This document shows positions 46,892 through 56,700 of a stretch of DNA of 64,000 bases, in pieces. Each line of letters starts with the position of its first letter. Position 1 is the stretch's first letter. The notes below the pieces were generated by a model, which saw only the letters and a list, made by a program, of their open reading frames with translations, ran no database searches and was not told the origin of the DNA. Where the stretch lies: the IMG/VR virus record IMGVR_UViG_3300032007_000055, positions 26,044-90,043 of that record, one strand, 5' to 3'. The stretch is from a virus. Lineage: Duplodnaviria > Caudoviricetes. Made by a program: the position numbers and the translations under genes.

Positions 46892-49575
46892 TAGTTATTA
46901 TTTCCTCCGACGGGTTTTCCTGACTCGTCGATTTCGTCAGAAACATTTGCGCCAAAGTTCTTACCAACTTGAGCATAGACATTAAACTGCACAGCGTTCA
47001 ATGTAAATGATGCTTTATTATGATATACAATATCACCACCATCAATCACGTCATCACTGCCGTCAAGTTCTTGATTTTTGCTTGCAATAGACTGATCGTA
47101 TGTCACGTCTTGAGAATACTCAATAGGAATGTTGTACAATACACCATAACGAGGTTTAACTTTGAAAATTCCACCAGTAACACCACTTTGAAACATGTTT
47201 TCAGTGAGTTTAATAAGAATCATCTGCAATGTTTCAGCTGGAGAAGTCGGAGAAATTTTAGAAGCTCTGAACAATTCAGGTCTAAAGTTTTCAAATCCCT
47301 TCAATCCTGTAATAACACGACCATTAGAAGTAGTCAAACCACTTGTGGCAATTGCTACCCACGGGAAGTTGTACGGGAATTTTACGCTATCTCCACCAGA
47401 TGTTTCTTCCAAACCACCAATGTGGAAAATTTCTGTTGGTGGACTTTCAACAATTCCACTATTATCAACAGAAATTGAAAATGACTTGTTGATTAATTTT
47501 GCTGTAGAAACCAATGCCGGCATAGTCATCGCAGCATAGAAGTTATCAGGATTATATAAATCATCTTCTCTAATATAGTGTGAATTTACAACAGGAGCAA
47601 TTGAAATTTCTGCTTCTTTAAACAATGTCGGATACATTTTGGCCAAGAAGTTCGTCAAAGAAACATCATCGGTTTTGTGTCCAATTGTCTTAAATGGCTT
47701 TGTAGGATCATCGTCGACATGAGTGCTGTCATAGCAATCTTTATGCAACTCCAAAAGATAATGTTTTACTGATTCTTTTATTTCTTCTTGTGTCGGTGCT
47801 TTCTTTCCTCTATAGAAGATATAGAAAATCTGATATGAAAGGTTGCCTTGAGTATCATGACCTAAGCTATCAAGCATTCTCCATCCGATTTCTGTTCCTT
47901 CTTGAGCAACTGTTTTTCCATCGTTAGTAAGAAACGGAGAATATCTCGGAACTCTAAGGGTTGTATAATTAGAGTAATCTCCAAGTTGCATCGTTTCTTT
48001 CATCTTGGCGATGAATTGAAGATTAATTTCCTGATCGGCTTCAGCTTCATTTGTAGAATCAGATACTATGAATTTTCCACGTATTGAGAATTCGCCATCT
48101 GCAGGTTTCGGCAAAAGCACATTCTGGTAGTCATTATCATAAAGATTGAACTCATTGTCAGTAGTAGGATATCGATATGCTTCGCCACCAAATTTTACAC
48201 GAAGATCGTTATCGAAGTTTTGATCATTATATGTCCAAACAGGCAATTCTGTAGATCGCTTTGCACCACTTGTATTCAAGTCAAATGCATCAGGATCAAA
48301 ATAAATATCAAAATTTACCTGCTGGCGATACTGAGAACCATTAGCTTCTACCGGAGCTGCAGCAAAGTTAAGAGAGAATTTTATGTGAGAAATTCTCGCT
48401 TTGCCATCAGACTGACGGAAGAAACACTGAGCGCCGCTAATACGACCTGTACCATTATCACTTATCGCACCAGGACGAATATCGATACCTGGTGTTAGTT
48501 TTTCATTTGATATTCCATAAAAGCCTTCACTGGCATTTAAACGATCGATAGTTTTTGCAATAGCAATAGTTTTATTTTCCGAAATATCACTATCAGGATT
48601 ATCAGCAGTTCGCAAGCTTGCAGGATCTTCTGTGCTAAGAGCACTATTAATGAAACTACCACTGAGTGGGTTCCAAGTATATCCATCGCGCAATCGCACA
48701 TTTGCACTACCATTGACTTCACCTTCTCCAGTAGGTTTAGTGCCAACTGTATCAGGTGTCAAGAAGTACAAATATAAAACTTTCTTAAACGCTGAACTTC
48801 TGGTATCACTTGTGAAATTATTCTCAACAAACAATGTTGTCAATACAGCAAGACCATCAGATGAACCGTTTTTATCAGTATACCAATAATTTGCTTTATC
48901 AGAAATTATATCTAACGGTATTATGGGTGAAGATGAAATGCCTTCTACACCACCATTAAGTTCTGCTATTCCAGAACTCTTAGCGATTTCGTTTTCATAT
49001 CTCTTAATAAACTCCAAGAAAGTAATTACTTTCTGCCAGAAGATATGATAACGCAATTCGTTATTATCAAGCAATTGGTCATATGATGTGGAGCCCAAAC
49101 CGGATGCGCTATTTAACGCACTTGAAAGTTTTGCAGTTATTCCACCTTCACCATTGCCCAAAGAATAGTTAGGAGAAATTTTCTTAAAGAATTTTTGTAG
49201 ATTTGTATCTCCATCAGGTTGATGAAGCATCAATGTACTTATGTATTCTTCAGAGCGATCATATCGTAGTTTAGATGAATCATATGTTGTTCCACTAGCA
49301 GGAACTATACCATTGTAAGTATCTTGTTCTCCAGAATAGTTGTTTGAAATTTCAACAATATTCGGGTGATTCATGTAAATTTCGCGCAACGTTGTACCAA
49401 ATACTGGAGTTTCTGAAACTTCAATTTCTCCATTAGGTTTTTGATAAGCATCGAAACCGAATCGTTCATTCAGTTTATGATTTATCGGGTAATCACGCGA
49501 ACCTTTAATAAAGAAAAAACCAGTCAAAGTGTCGTTTTTAGGTATGACTGGGGGTGTGAAATCATTATCAGCCAT
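46891..49575 (-). CDS. putative virion structural protein
   Basis: start moved to MADNDF (49575) behind GGAG RBS; late motif AACA TTAATA TA at 49616-49627 lies inside the ORF-track 5' extension. Confidence 0.65.
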   Translation of the reverse strand: MADNDFTPPVIPKNDTLTGFFFIKGSRDYPINHKLNERFGFDAYQKPNGEIEVSETPVFGTTLREIYMNHPNIVEISNNYSGEQDTYNGIVPASGTTYDSSKLRYDRSEEYISTLMLHQPDGDTNLQKFFKKISPNYSLGNGEGGITAKLSSALNSASGLGSTSYDQLLDNNELRYHIFWQKVITFLEFIKRYENEIAKSSGIAELNGGVEGISSSPIIPLDIISDKANYWYTDKNGSSDGLAVLTTLFVENNFTSDTRSSAFKKVLYLYFLTPDTVGTKPTGEGEVNGSANVRLRDGYTWNPLSGSFINSALSTEDPASLRTADNPDSDISENKTIAIAKTIDRLNASEGFYGISNEKLTPGIDIRPGAISDNGTGRISGAQCFFRQSDGKARISHIKFSLNFAAAPVEANGSQYRQQVNFDIYFDPDAFDLNTSGAKRSTELPVWTYNDQNFDNDLRVKFGGEAYRYPTTDNEFNLYDNDYQNVLLPKPADGEFSIRGKFIVSDSTNEAEADQEINLQFIAKMKETMQLGDYSNYTTLRVPRYSPFLTNDGKTVAQEGTEIGWRMLDSLGHDTQGNLSYQIFYIFYRGKKAPTQEEIKESVKHYLLELHKDCYDSTHVDDDPTKPFKTIGHKTDDVSLTNFLAKMYPTLFKEAEISIAPVVNSHYIREDDLYNPDNFYAAMTMPALVSTAKLINKSFSISVDNSGIVESPPTEIFHIGGLEETSGGDSVKFPYNFPWVAIATSGLTTSNGRVITGLKGFENFRPELFRASKISPTSPAETLQMILIKLTENMFQSGVTGGIFKVKPRYGVLYNIPIEYSQDVTYDQSIASKNQELDGSDDVIDGGDIVYHNKASFTLNAVQFNVYAQVGKNFGANVSDEIDESGKPVGGNNN

Positions 49576-49691
49576 GTTATATCTCCATTTGTTAATATTT
49601 TCGAATAAAATTCTATATATTAATGTTTTTTGCACTTAATTATAAAAAAAAAGAAAGAGGATATTTAATCCTCTTTCTTTTCTGCCGCGTT

Positions 49692-51092
49692 TTAGAACAA
49701 ATCTTTCAACGCGTCATTTGACATGGACTTGGGTTCAAAGCGATCTGCAAGTTCGGCAGCATCGGCGGCTACAGTAGCGAAACCTGTTGAATGTTCCTTT
49801 ACAACTGCAGCTTTCTTGTCGTTTGCAACTTGTGTCCTGTGCAGATTCTCTTTGAGATCTTCAACGATGGCATTCAATGATTTGAAACCAAAGAATCCAA
49901 TCATGGAAGCTCCAATGAGGTCTTCTGTCATTTTGTCAGTGACGATTCCTGACTTTTCAACCTCGAAGAAGATAGGAGTAGTGTCAACACTGGTGACATC
50001 AATTGATGAAATCATGTTGTTTGCATTTTTCTCCTCGACTCCGAGATCGCCGTCATTACGCAGCATTTTCACAGTGCGTGTAACAGACTGTCCACGCGGT
50101 ACCACGTAATTGAATTGATTTTCTTTGGTTATGCTTGTGAATGATGAACATCCACTGATGCGCAATGTGTTGATCTTGTCTTGAAGGTCCATACACTTGA
50201 GAGATGAATTCATCTCTACACCAAAGAATTTCACCCAAGGAGCAGCGGCTCGAGCATTGATAATGTCGAACATCTCCTCAGTGTTGGCGTACTTCACAGA
50301 GCTCGGCAAGTTATTGTCGAGAATGAAGAAGTTACCAATTCCAGCATCGATTGACTTCTGGATGTCCAAGAAGCACTCAATGTTGTTTTGCAAGTTTGTA
50401 ACACCTGAGCTGATCTGACATTTCGGAGTCAAACCAATAACTACAGGGCGAGGAATCTCGTTTGTTACATCGTCGATCGGGAAATCATGTTCACCGATTC
50501 TGAATGATTTAACCGTGTTCATGTAGTTTGCCAAAGAGGCGGTGAACATCGGTCCGAGACCAGATCCAGTACCACCATCAGAACTGAAGACAGTCATAAT
50601 GATTGTCTGCTCTGTCGGATGGAAAAGTACTTCCTCATAGTAAGCGATGAATGTCTGCAAGGCATCCATGGTCTTGTCATCGCTGTACACGTTTGTCGCA
50701 GCGAAGTTTTTGAAATATGCTTTCGCACGATTTCTGTTTTTACCGGCACCGTCAGCATTCTGGCCACCGATTTTAAATTTGTAAGCTTCAGGAATAGGAA
50801 TCTGTGCCAAATCCTGATCTGATGTGTTGACAGCCAAAAGTGTAGGATTGTTCGGAAGAACTCTTGCGAGTGTCATTCCCAAACGTCCACCACCTTGACC
50901 CATTGTTACGATTACAAATCGTAACTTTTCTTTGCTTTTTGCACCATCCAAAACTGTGGGCGATGCTTGTGTTTTAGGAGCAGCCTGAGCCACTTCAACC
51001 TTTTTTTCCTGTGGCTGCTTGGCGTTAGCTACCACGTTTGTTTGAACAGTTTCCTGTTCATTTGAAATGTTGTTGTTTTCCATTGGATCCAT
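49692..51092 (-). CDS. phuZ: tubulin/FtsZ-family GTPase (PhuZ/TubZ-like)
   Basis: MGQGGGRLG, AVNTSDQDL, GAGKNRNRA, signature SDGGTGSGLGP. Confidence 0.9.
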   Translation of the reverse strand: MDPMENNNISNEQETVQTNVVANAKQPQEKKVEVAQAAPKTQASPTVLDGAKSKEKLRFVIVTMGQGGGRLGMTLARVLPNNPTLLAVNTSDQDLAQIPIPEAYKFKIGGQNADGAGKNRNRAKAYFKNFAATNVYSDDKTMDALQTFIAYYEEVLFHPTEQTIIMTVFSSDGGTGSGLGPMFTASLANYMNTVKSFRIGEHDFPIDDVTNEIPRPVVIGLTPKCQISSGVTNLQNNIECFLDIQKSIDAGIGNFFILDNNLPSSVKYANTEEMFDIINARAAAPWVKFFGVEMNSSLKCMDLQDKINTLRISGCSSFTSITKENQFNYVVPRGQSVTRTVKMLRNDGDLGVEEKNANNMISSIDVTSVDTTPIFFEVEKSGIVTDKMTEDLIGASMIGFFGFKSLNAIVEDLKENLHRTQVANDKKAAVVKEHSTGFATVAADAAELADRFEPKSMSNDALKDLF

Positions 51093-51159
51093 TAGAAAAC
51101 ACCTCCTTCATTATTGTTGAATACCCTTAATAAAATATATAATTTATTAATTCTTTATT

Positions 51160-51513
51160 TTATGCGTTTTCTTCTATATTAGATGTATTTTCATGGTCAG
51201 TTTCAAATATTCTTTCAACATTTACTCGAAGTTTGTACTTTTTGTTTAGCTTAGCGCAAATATCCAATACCAGCATATAAACATACAAAGCGAGAAACAA
51301 CGAAACCGACATTGAAAGAATAAAAATTGCACTTCGTATGATATATTCATACCATTGCATTGAAATTGGGATATTATATAAAATTAAAAACCCAAATATT
51401 GCTGTAAATGCAAATGTGATCAAACCAACACATAGAAAACAATGTGATGACCAGAAAACAATAAAGTTTTTGATTCTTTTACGCGTATTGTCCATATTTT
51501 CTCCTCCACGCAT
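51160..51513 (-). CDS. membrane protein, two TM helices
   Basis: two long hydrophobic segments. Confidence 0.7.
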   Translation of the reverse strand: MRGGENMDNTRKRIKNFIVFWSSHCFLCVGLITFAFTAIFGFLILYNIPISMQWYEYIIRSAIFILSMSVSLFLALYVYMLVLDICAKLNKKYKLRVNVERIFETDHENTSNIEENA

Positions 51514-51556
51514 TTATAAAATATATAATTTTATTTCCTTTTATATTATGAGTAAA

Positions 51557-51568
51557 AACATGTCAATA
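51557..51568 (+). promoter_or_regulatory. putative late promoter AACA-N6-TA
   Basis: AACA TGTCAA TA 26 nt upstream of the overlapping gene pair. Confidence 0.65.
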
Positions 51569-51593
51569 TAGTTTAAATAATAAAGGAGTCACA

Positions 51594-52400
51594 ATGTGGA
51601 AATTAAAATTACAAAATTTACGATTATTCGTATTGTTGTCGTTGTTGTTCTCTGCGTCGGTTGTTTTTGCGCAGGAAGATTTATCCGATTTGGAAGAGTT
51701 TCAGGCGCTAGCGAACAGCTTATCAGCGGAATCGTACAAGCAGGAAATGACACAAATAAAATCATTGACCAGCTTGTTGCTTCAGGAGCTTCAGCAGAAT
51801 CCGCAGCAAGATATGGACAGCTCATTGATGGAGTCATTAGAGAACTGCGAGAAGAAAATGAAAAGCTCGGAGTATCAACAGATGAAGCTATCAGAGCAAT
51901 TGAAAGTAATAAACGAATCGCAGACATTGTCCAATCGGCTTCAGCAAGCCTATCTCAAACAACAAACGATGCTCTCGGAGACGCAATTAAACGCGCTGAG
52001 GATTACGAGCGACTTATTGCAACATTACAAGAAGCTGTTCGAAATTCTTCAGAAAATAATAACAAGTCAGAATGATGACATCAAAAATGTTGTCGAATCA
52101 ATGCAGCAAGCGTTAAATAATGCGAATAATGTCAAAACACAACTCGATTCTTGTTTGATTCTTTCTAAAAAACAAGCTGAAGAAATTGAAGCTTTAAAGA
52201 AAAAAACAAAAGGATTGAAACGAGCTAGAATAGCGTCACTATGTATTACTGCTACAGGTTTAATTGTTGGTGGAATTGGTGTATTGCTAAAACAAGATGA
52301 TGCTACAAGAAACATCGGTAATTCTTTAGTAATTTGTGGTGCTACTGCTATAGGTGCGGGTGCTACAACATTCGCTATTTCGATAACAATTCCTTTTTAA
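51594..52400 (+). CDS. exported coiled-coil protein with C-terminal hydrophobic hairpin (spanin-like candidate)
   Basis: signal peptide ...LFVLLSLLFSASVVFA|QE, long Q/L/E coiled coil, two C-terminal hydrophobic segments, ends IPF. Confidence 0.65.
   Translation: MWKLKLQNLRLFVLLSLLFSASVVFAQEDLSDLEEFQALANSLSAESYKQEMTQIKSLTSLLLQELQQNPQQDMDSSLMESLENCEKKMKSSEYQQMKLSEQLKVINESQTLSNRLQQAYLKQQTMLSETQLNALRITSDLLQHYKKLFEILQKIITSQNDDIKNVVESMQQALNNANNVKTQLDSCLILSKKQAEEIEALKKKTKGLKRARIASLCITATGLIVGGIGVLLKQDDATRNIGNSLVICGATAIGAGATTFAISITIPF
51596..52075 (+). CDS. membrane-anchored coiled-coil protein nested in another frame (spanin-like candidate)
   Basis: GTG start 7 nt after AAGGAG; N-terminal TM/lipobox-like IVVVVVLCVGC; Ala/Ser/Glu coiled coil. 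Confidence 0.7.
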   Translation: MEIKITKFTIIRIVVVVVLCVGCFCAGRFIRFGRVSGASEQLISGIVQAGNDTNKIIDQLVASGASAESAARYGQLIDGVIRELREENEKLGVSTDEAIRAIESNKRIADIVQSASASLSQTTNDALGDAIKRAEDYERLIATLQEAVRNSSENNNKSE

Positions 52401-52447
52401 TTAAAAAAAAAATACCCCACATTAATATATAATGTGGGAGAAGTAAA

Positions 52448-52600
52448 TTACCTAACATGTTGCCGGGTTACCGGATCGATGTGAGTAATCTTAATAAACT
52501 CTTCGCGAGTCAAGAATTTCACACCGGAAACATGTTCATCTACCGCTCCAGTCGAGTCTGGAATAGGGTAGTGGTACGGATATCCATGGACAGCGTACAT
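52448..52600 (-). CDS. 50-aa hypothetical protein
   Basis: AGGAGG RBS, promoter motif 52683-52694, terminator 52416-52438; MYAVHGYPYHYPIPDSTGAVDEHVSGVKFLTREEFIKITHIDPVTRQHVR. Confidence 0.7.
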   Translation of the reverse strand: MYAVHGYPYHYPIPDSTGAVDEHVSGVKFLTREEFIKITHIDPVTRQHVR

Positions 52601-52758
52601 GTGGTATTCCTCCTGTAACAGGGAGATTTAGGAGAGGTGGTTGCAGCCACCTCTCCTATTTATTTAACCTGTCTACTATTAATATAATATATAATTCAAA
52701 CAGATGACAAAAATATATAAATTCCGATTAAAATCTATGTAAAGGAGTTAAGAAATAT

Positions 52759-53754
52759 ATGATTAACGAGTTTCTTATTGAAAAAAGCGATGTTGTTGAT
52801 ACAAAAGACACAACGATGCAGAATACCAATGATGTCGTGAAAGAGATTTTGGATGGCGTAACAAATCACTACGATTTGATCAAAGCTATCGAAAAATATA
52901 ACGATGATAACAAACTTCCGTTGAACAAACGCGTTAAATATTCAATTTTGGTTGGTGCGGCATACATTAGTGTTGCTAAAGCCACTGAAGTTGGAACAGA
53001 AACATTCCTTGTAACCAGTTATGATTATACTGGTTCTGCTTCTTTTGAATATGATGAAAAAGGTAAAATGACAAAAGGTTCTGCCAGTTTATCAACGCAT
53101 ATGATTAAAGCCGCCGATGTTCTCGATGTCGTAATCAAAGGTTATGATAAAGATGTTATCGATCCTATACAAGGTAATAAAACTTTGGACGAAATCAGCG
53201 AAAGCGAATTGATCCGCAAGATAACTGATCTTGATCAGAATACATTCCATTATGTAACATCTGGTCAGTATCGTTCATATATTGTTGCTATTTGTAATGG
53301 CTTCAAGAAAGAACATTTGAACGAATACTCTTACACGATGAAACCTGCTGCATATAACTTGTATCTCAAGTTGATTACAAAGTACTTCAATGTGCTTAAA
53401 GAAATCGTAATCGATTCTTGTAATGCTACTGAGAAAAACAGTTTCGCGATTAGTGTTCAAATGCAGCGTGACGGACAACCAATTCAAGTTCAAGTTATGG
53501 CTCAGTATTCTACTGGAAACAAGTTTACTATCGTTGATCTAGGAATGAAAACCGATGAAGTATATGAAACTTTCCTGAAGGCGTACTTCGATAAAAAGAT
53601 GAATGAAAATGATCAGTTTGTATTTACTGATGAATGTAAATTAGAACTTTCTCAAAAGATTTTCACTTCTGAAGAAATTGAAAACTACAAGCGTTGTTTG
53701 GATTGGGAACATATAAAGTTCGATTCAAACGGCAATCCTTATTGGACTGAGTAA
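52759..53754 (+). CDS. hypothetical protein (late-motif promoter)
   Basis: 331 aa, AAGGAG RBS, GACA AAAATA TA at 52706-52717. Confidence 0.85.
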   Translation: MINEFLIEKSDVVDTKDTTMQNTNDVVKEILDGVTNHYDLIKAIEKYNDDNKLPLNKRVKYSILVGAAYISVAKATEVGTETFLVTSYDYTGSASFEYDEKGKMTKGSASLSTHMIKAADVLDVVIKGYDKDVIDPIQGNKTLDEISESELIRKITDLDQNTFHYVTSGQYRSYIVAICNGFKKEHLNEYSYTMKPAAYNLYLKLITKYFNVLKEIVIDSCNATEKNSFAISVQMQRDGQPIQVQVMAQYSTGNKFTIVDLGMKTDEVYETFLKAYFDKKMNENDQFVFTDECKLELSQKIFTSEEIENYKRCLDWEHIKFDSNGNPYWTE

Positions 53755-53793
53755 AAATAAAATAGTGGAGACAAATGTCTCCACTATTATTTA

Positions 53794-56700
53794 TTATTCG
53801 CCATTTGAGTTTGGATTTGGATCAGGAATAGGATCTGAAGAAGGCATTTCTCGTGTATGGAAATCGTATTCGTCACTATCCGAGTTCATATATTCGTCAG
53901 AAAGTGTCGAATGCTTTTCGTTAAATGCACTAACTCGTTGAGCGAAATCTTCTTGAGATTCATCTTCTCCCAAAACCGGTACTTCTGCAGCTCTAGAATG
54001 TATAACGTATTCTGTTGAAGATATTGCTGCCATAGCGGCGCTTATTTCTTCATCTCTATTAAGGTTTACACCTTCATAGTCGTAGTTCGTAATAAAATCT
54101 ACAAGTAGGTTATTTAGAACTTCGTTATCGTCAACATCGAATTCTGTACGAGCTTCAGCATAGAACATCAAATCATTGTATATATCAGAAGCTTTTTCGA
54201 TAGAAAGCATAAAAGCGTTTAACAGATCAATGATTTCATACAAGTCTGTAGAAGTCTTTTCGATATCTTGTCTATTATCGTATGCTTTCTCAAGTACATC
54301 ATGAAGAATACCTAAGAAAGAATTGTGGAATTCCCTAATAGTGTATTCTTTTTTCAAATTATGAATACTGTAAACAAACTCATCTATATCGTAACTAATT
54401 TTGTCTATATCGTAAACTAATTTATCACGATAAGAAAGAATGTAAATAATTTTACGATTTGGATCTGTAACAAGTGCTCCAAAATCACCATCTGAGATAG
54501 TTGTATGAGAAATATCTACGAACTGACAAGTATTAGTCTCACCAGTTTGTACCACTCCAACACGAACACCTAAGTTCGAATTATTATTTGAAGCAGCAAT
54601 GATTGTTTTTTCGTAGCTTGAAAGAATCCAAGAACCCTTGTTAATATCTGTTCCAACGAATCCATTTTCAATATTCTGGAAATATCGAATACCAAGAGCA
54701 TTCTTTTTATTCGTAGCAAACAAATGAGTTTCATCAAGAGAAACAAGAGTCCATTCGTCTTTACTCATATCTCCACTAGCAAATGCATCATGAATATGAC
54801 CAGCAGAATCATATGTTTTGTATCCAAGCTTATCTGTTTTAGATCTACTGAACACAATACCATTTAATTCAACAAATTCATTATCAGAAATACTTACTGT
54901 AGGTTCATAAGGTACAAGGTCACCATCTTTTTTCGCCATTCGTCGAATATTATTTGATTGATCATTAAGCATTATGTAGTTATCAAGAATAACGCATTTT
55001 GTTACAGCTATAGAATTTGGTTGTAAACTATTTGATATCGAATTGTGACTTGGATTTGGAGGAGAATTATATCCTATCGAATTGGAATTATTTTCTGTTT
55101 GGAACTGTACCCATTTGACTCCAGTATTTGTCGCAAAAACAAACGTACCATCTCTTTCTTCAATGGTGATCGGTACGATAAGTCCATTGATAATAGAATC
55201 AGGATCATCAAAATTCTCCAACTCGTTAAGATTAAATAATCCCGATGCATGTCGTGTATGCAAACAAATCGGATCTCCAGATGGAGTTCCTCCCATTACA
55301 TATAAATCGTAAGTATGGGCTTCAGATTCTTGTTGTTGTCCATTTTCTCCAGAACCAGTGGATGATCCTGTTCCACTGTTGCTTTGAGTTTTGTATATAT
55401 TGTCTTCAACAAAATAAACCAAGTTTGTTATTGAACGAATAGTATTGTATCTACAAGGTTGGAACTTTTTAGTATAATTAACGGACCATATCGATCCTGG
55501 TGCATCAGAAGCGTAAATCAAATAGCCGCTACTTTCAATCTTTTCAAATTTCCATTCGGAACCTCGATCTGCCCCGTTATTGAATTTTGACATGTCCCAA
55601 TACTTAAAACCGTTGTCATTCGTTCCACAAAGTAGTACTATTCCAAGAGAAGAAATATATTTAAATTCATAATTCTGAGCATCAGAAACATTAGATTTGT
55701 AAATTTTGGAGTTACTGAGGAACCAAATTTCATTTTCGTCATTTATAAAGAATACGTATTTGCCATATTCTTGAATAGAAACCCAATTGCCAGATGTGAC
55801 ATTCATTTGCTCCAATTCGTTTGTAGATTCGTTCAGATGCCAGATACCATTGTTTTTAGTATTATCCGAACCTCCGAAGAATGTTCCGTTTTCTTTAGAA
55901 GCAATACAAGACATCCAGTCCCCAGTTTCAACATTTGTATACTTAATGCGTTTTGTATTCAAATCATATCCGAAGATACCCTTTCTATCAAATCCGACAA
56001 ACTTCGTAGTCATCAAGTCTTTGATACTATACAAAACGTTTACAAACGTATTTGTTTTATCGTTTATTTTCTTAATAACTTTTCTAGCATTATCATACAA
56101 TGTTTTCAAATAAGAAGATAAGAATTCATAATCGTATAAGAATACAGATTTAGCAAAACCTTCATTACGAATGTTGTTTTCAAACAAACGAATAGCCATT
56201 TTGAACAAATGGATAATCTTGTTTTTCTGTTCGTTGGTACCTAAATCGAATACAACTTCTTCATAATTCAAAACATCAATACCGACAAGAATCTTGCAGT
56301 TATCATTAAGAGAAATGTTTGTAGAATAATTAAAACATTGTATGAGAGAACCAGGTTCACGTATATTTTTGTAACCAAATACAAACGTTACTAGAGTTTC
56401 AAACAAGTTTTGATATCCAGTGATAGCATACTTTTCCATTGAGTTATAAAAACGTGTTAACCAAGAAATAATCATATCACGTTTTTCTATCATCGGTATA
56501 TTTGAAACATATCGCATGTATGAGACAAGTTTATTGTTTGCACTCATACTGTTTTTGAGTTTTTCACTAATCGTCACATTTGTGTTATGGTTTACGCCAT
56601 GCACTGAGTCATTATCGGAACTTGTGTCGAATAGATCATATATCTTATCTTGATCACCAAAGATAGTTTCGAGTTCTTCTTTAGTTACAGGATCATCGAC

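Noticed and set aside
51589-51927. Third, antisense ORF over the dual-frame locus
   Set aside because: No RBS or promoter; stop avoidance is expected opposite a doubly constrained region
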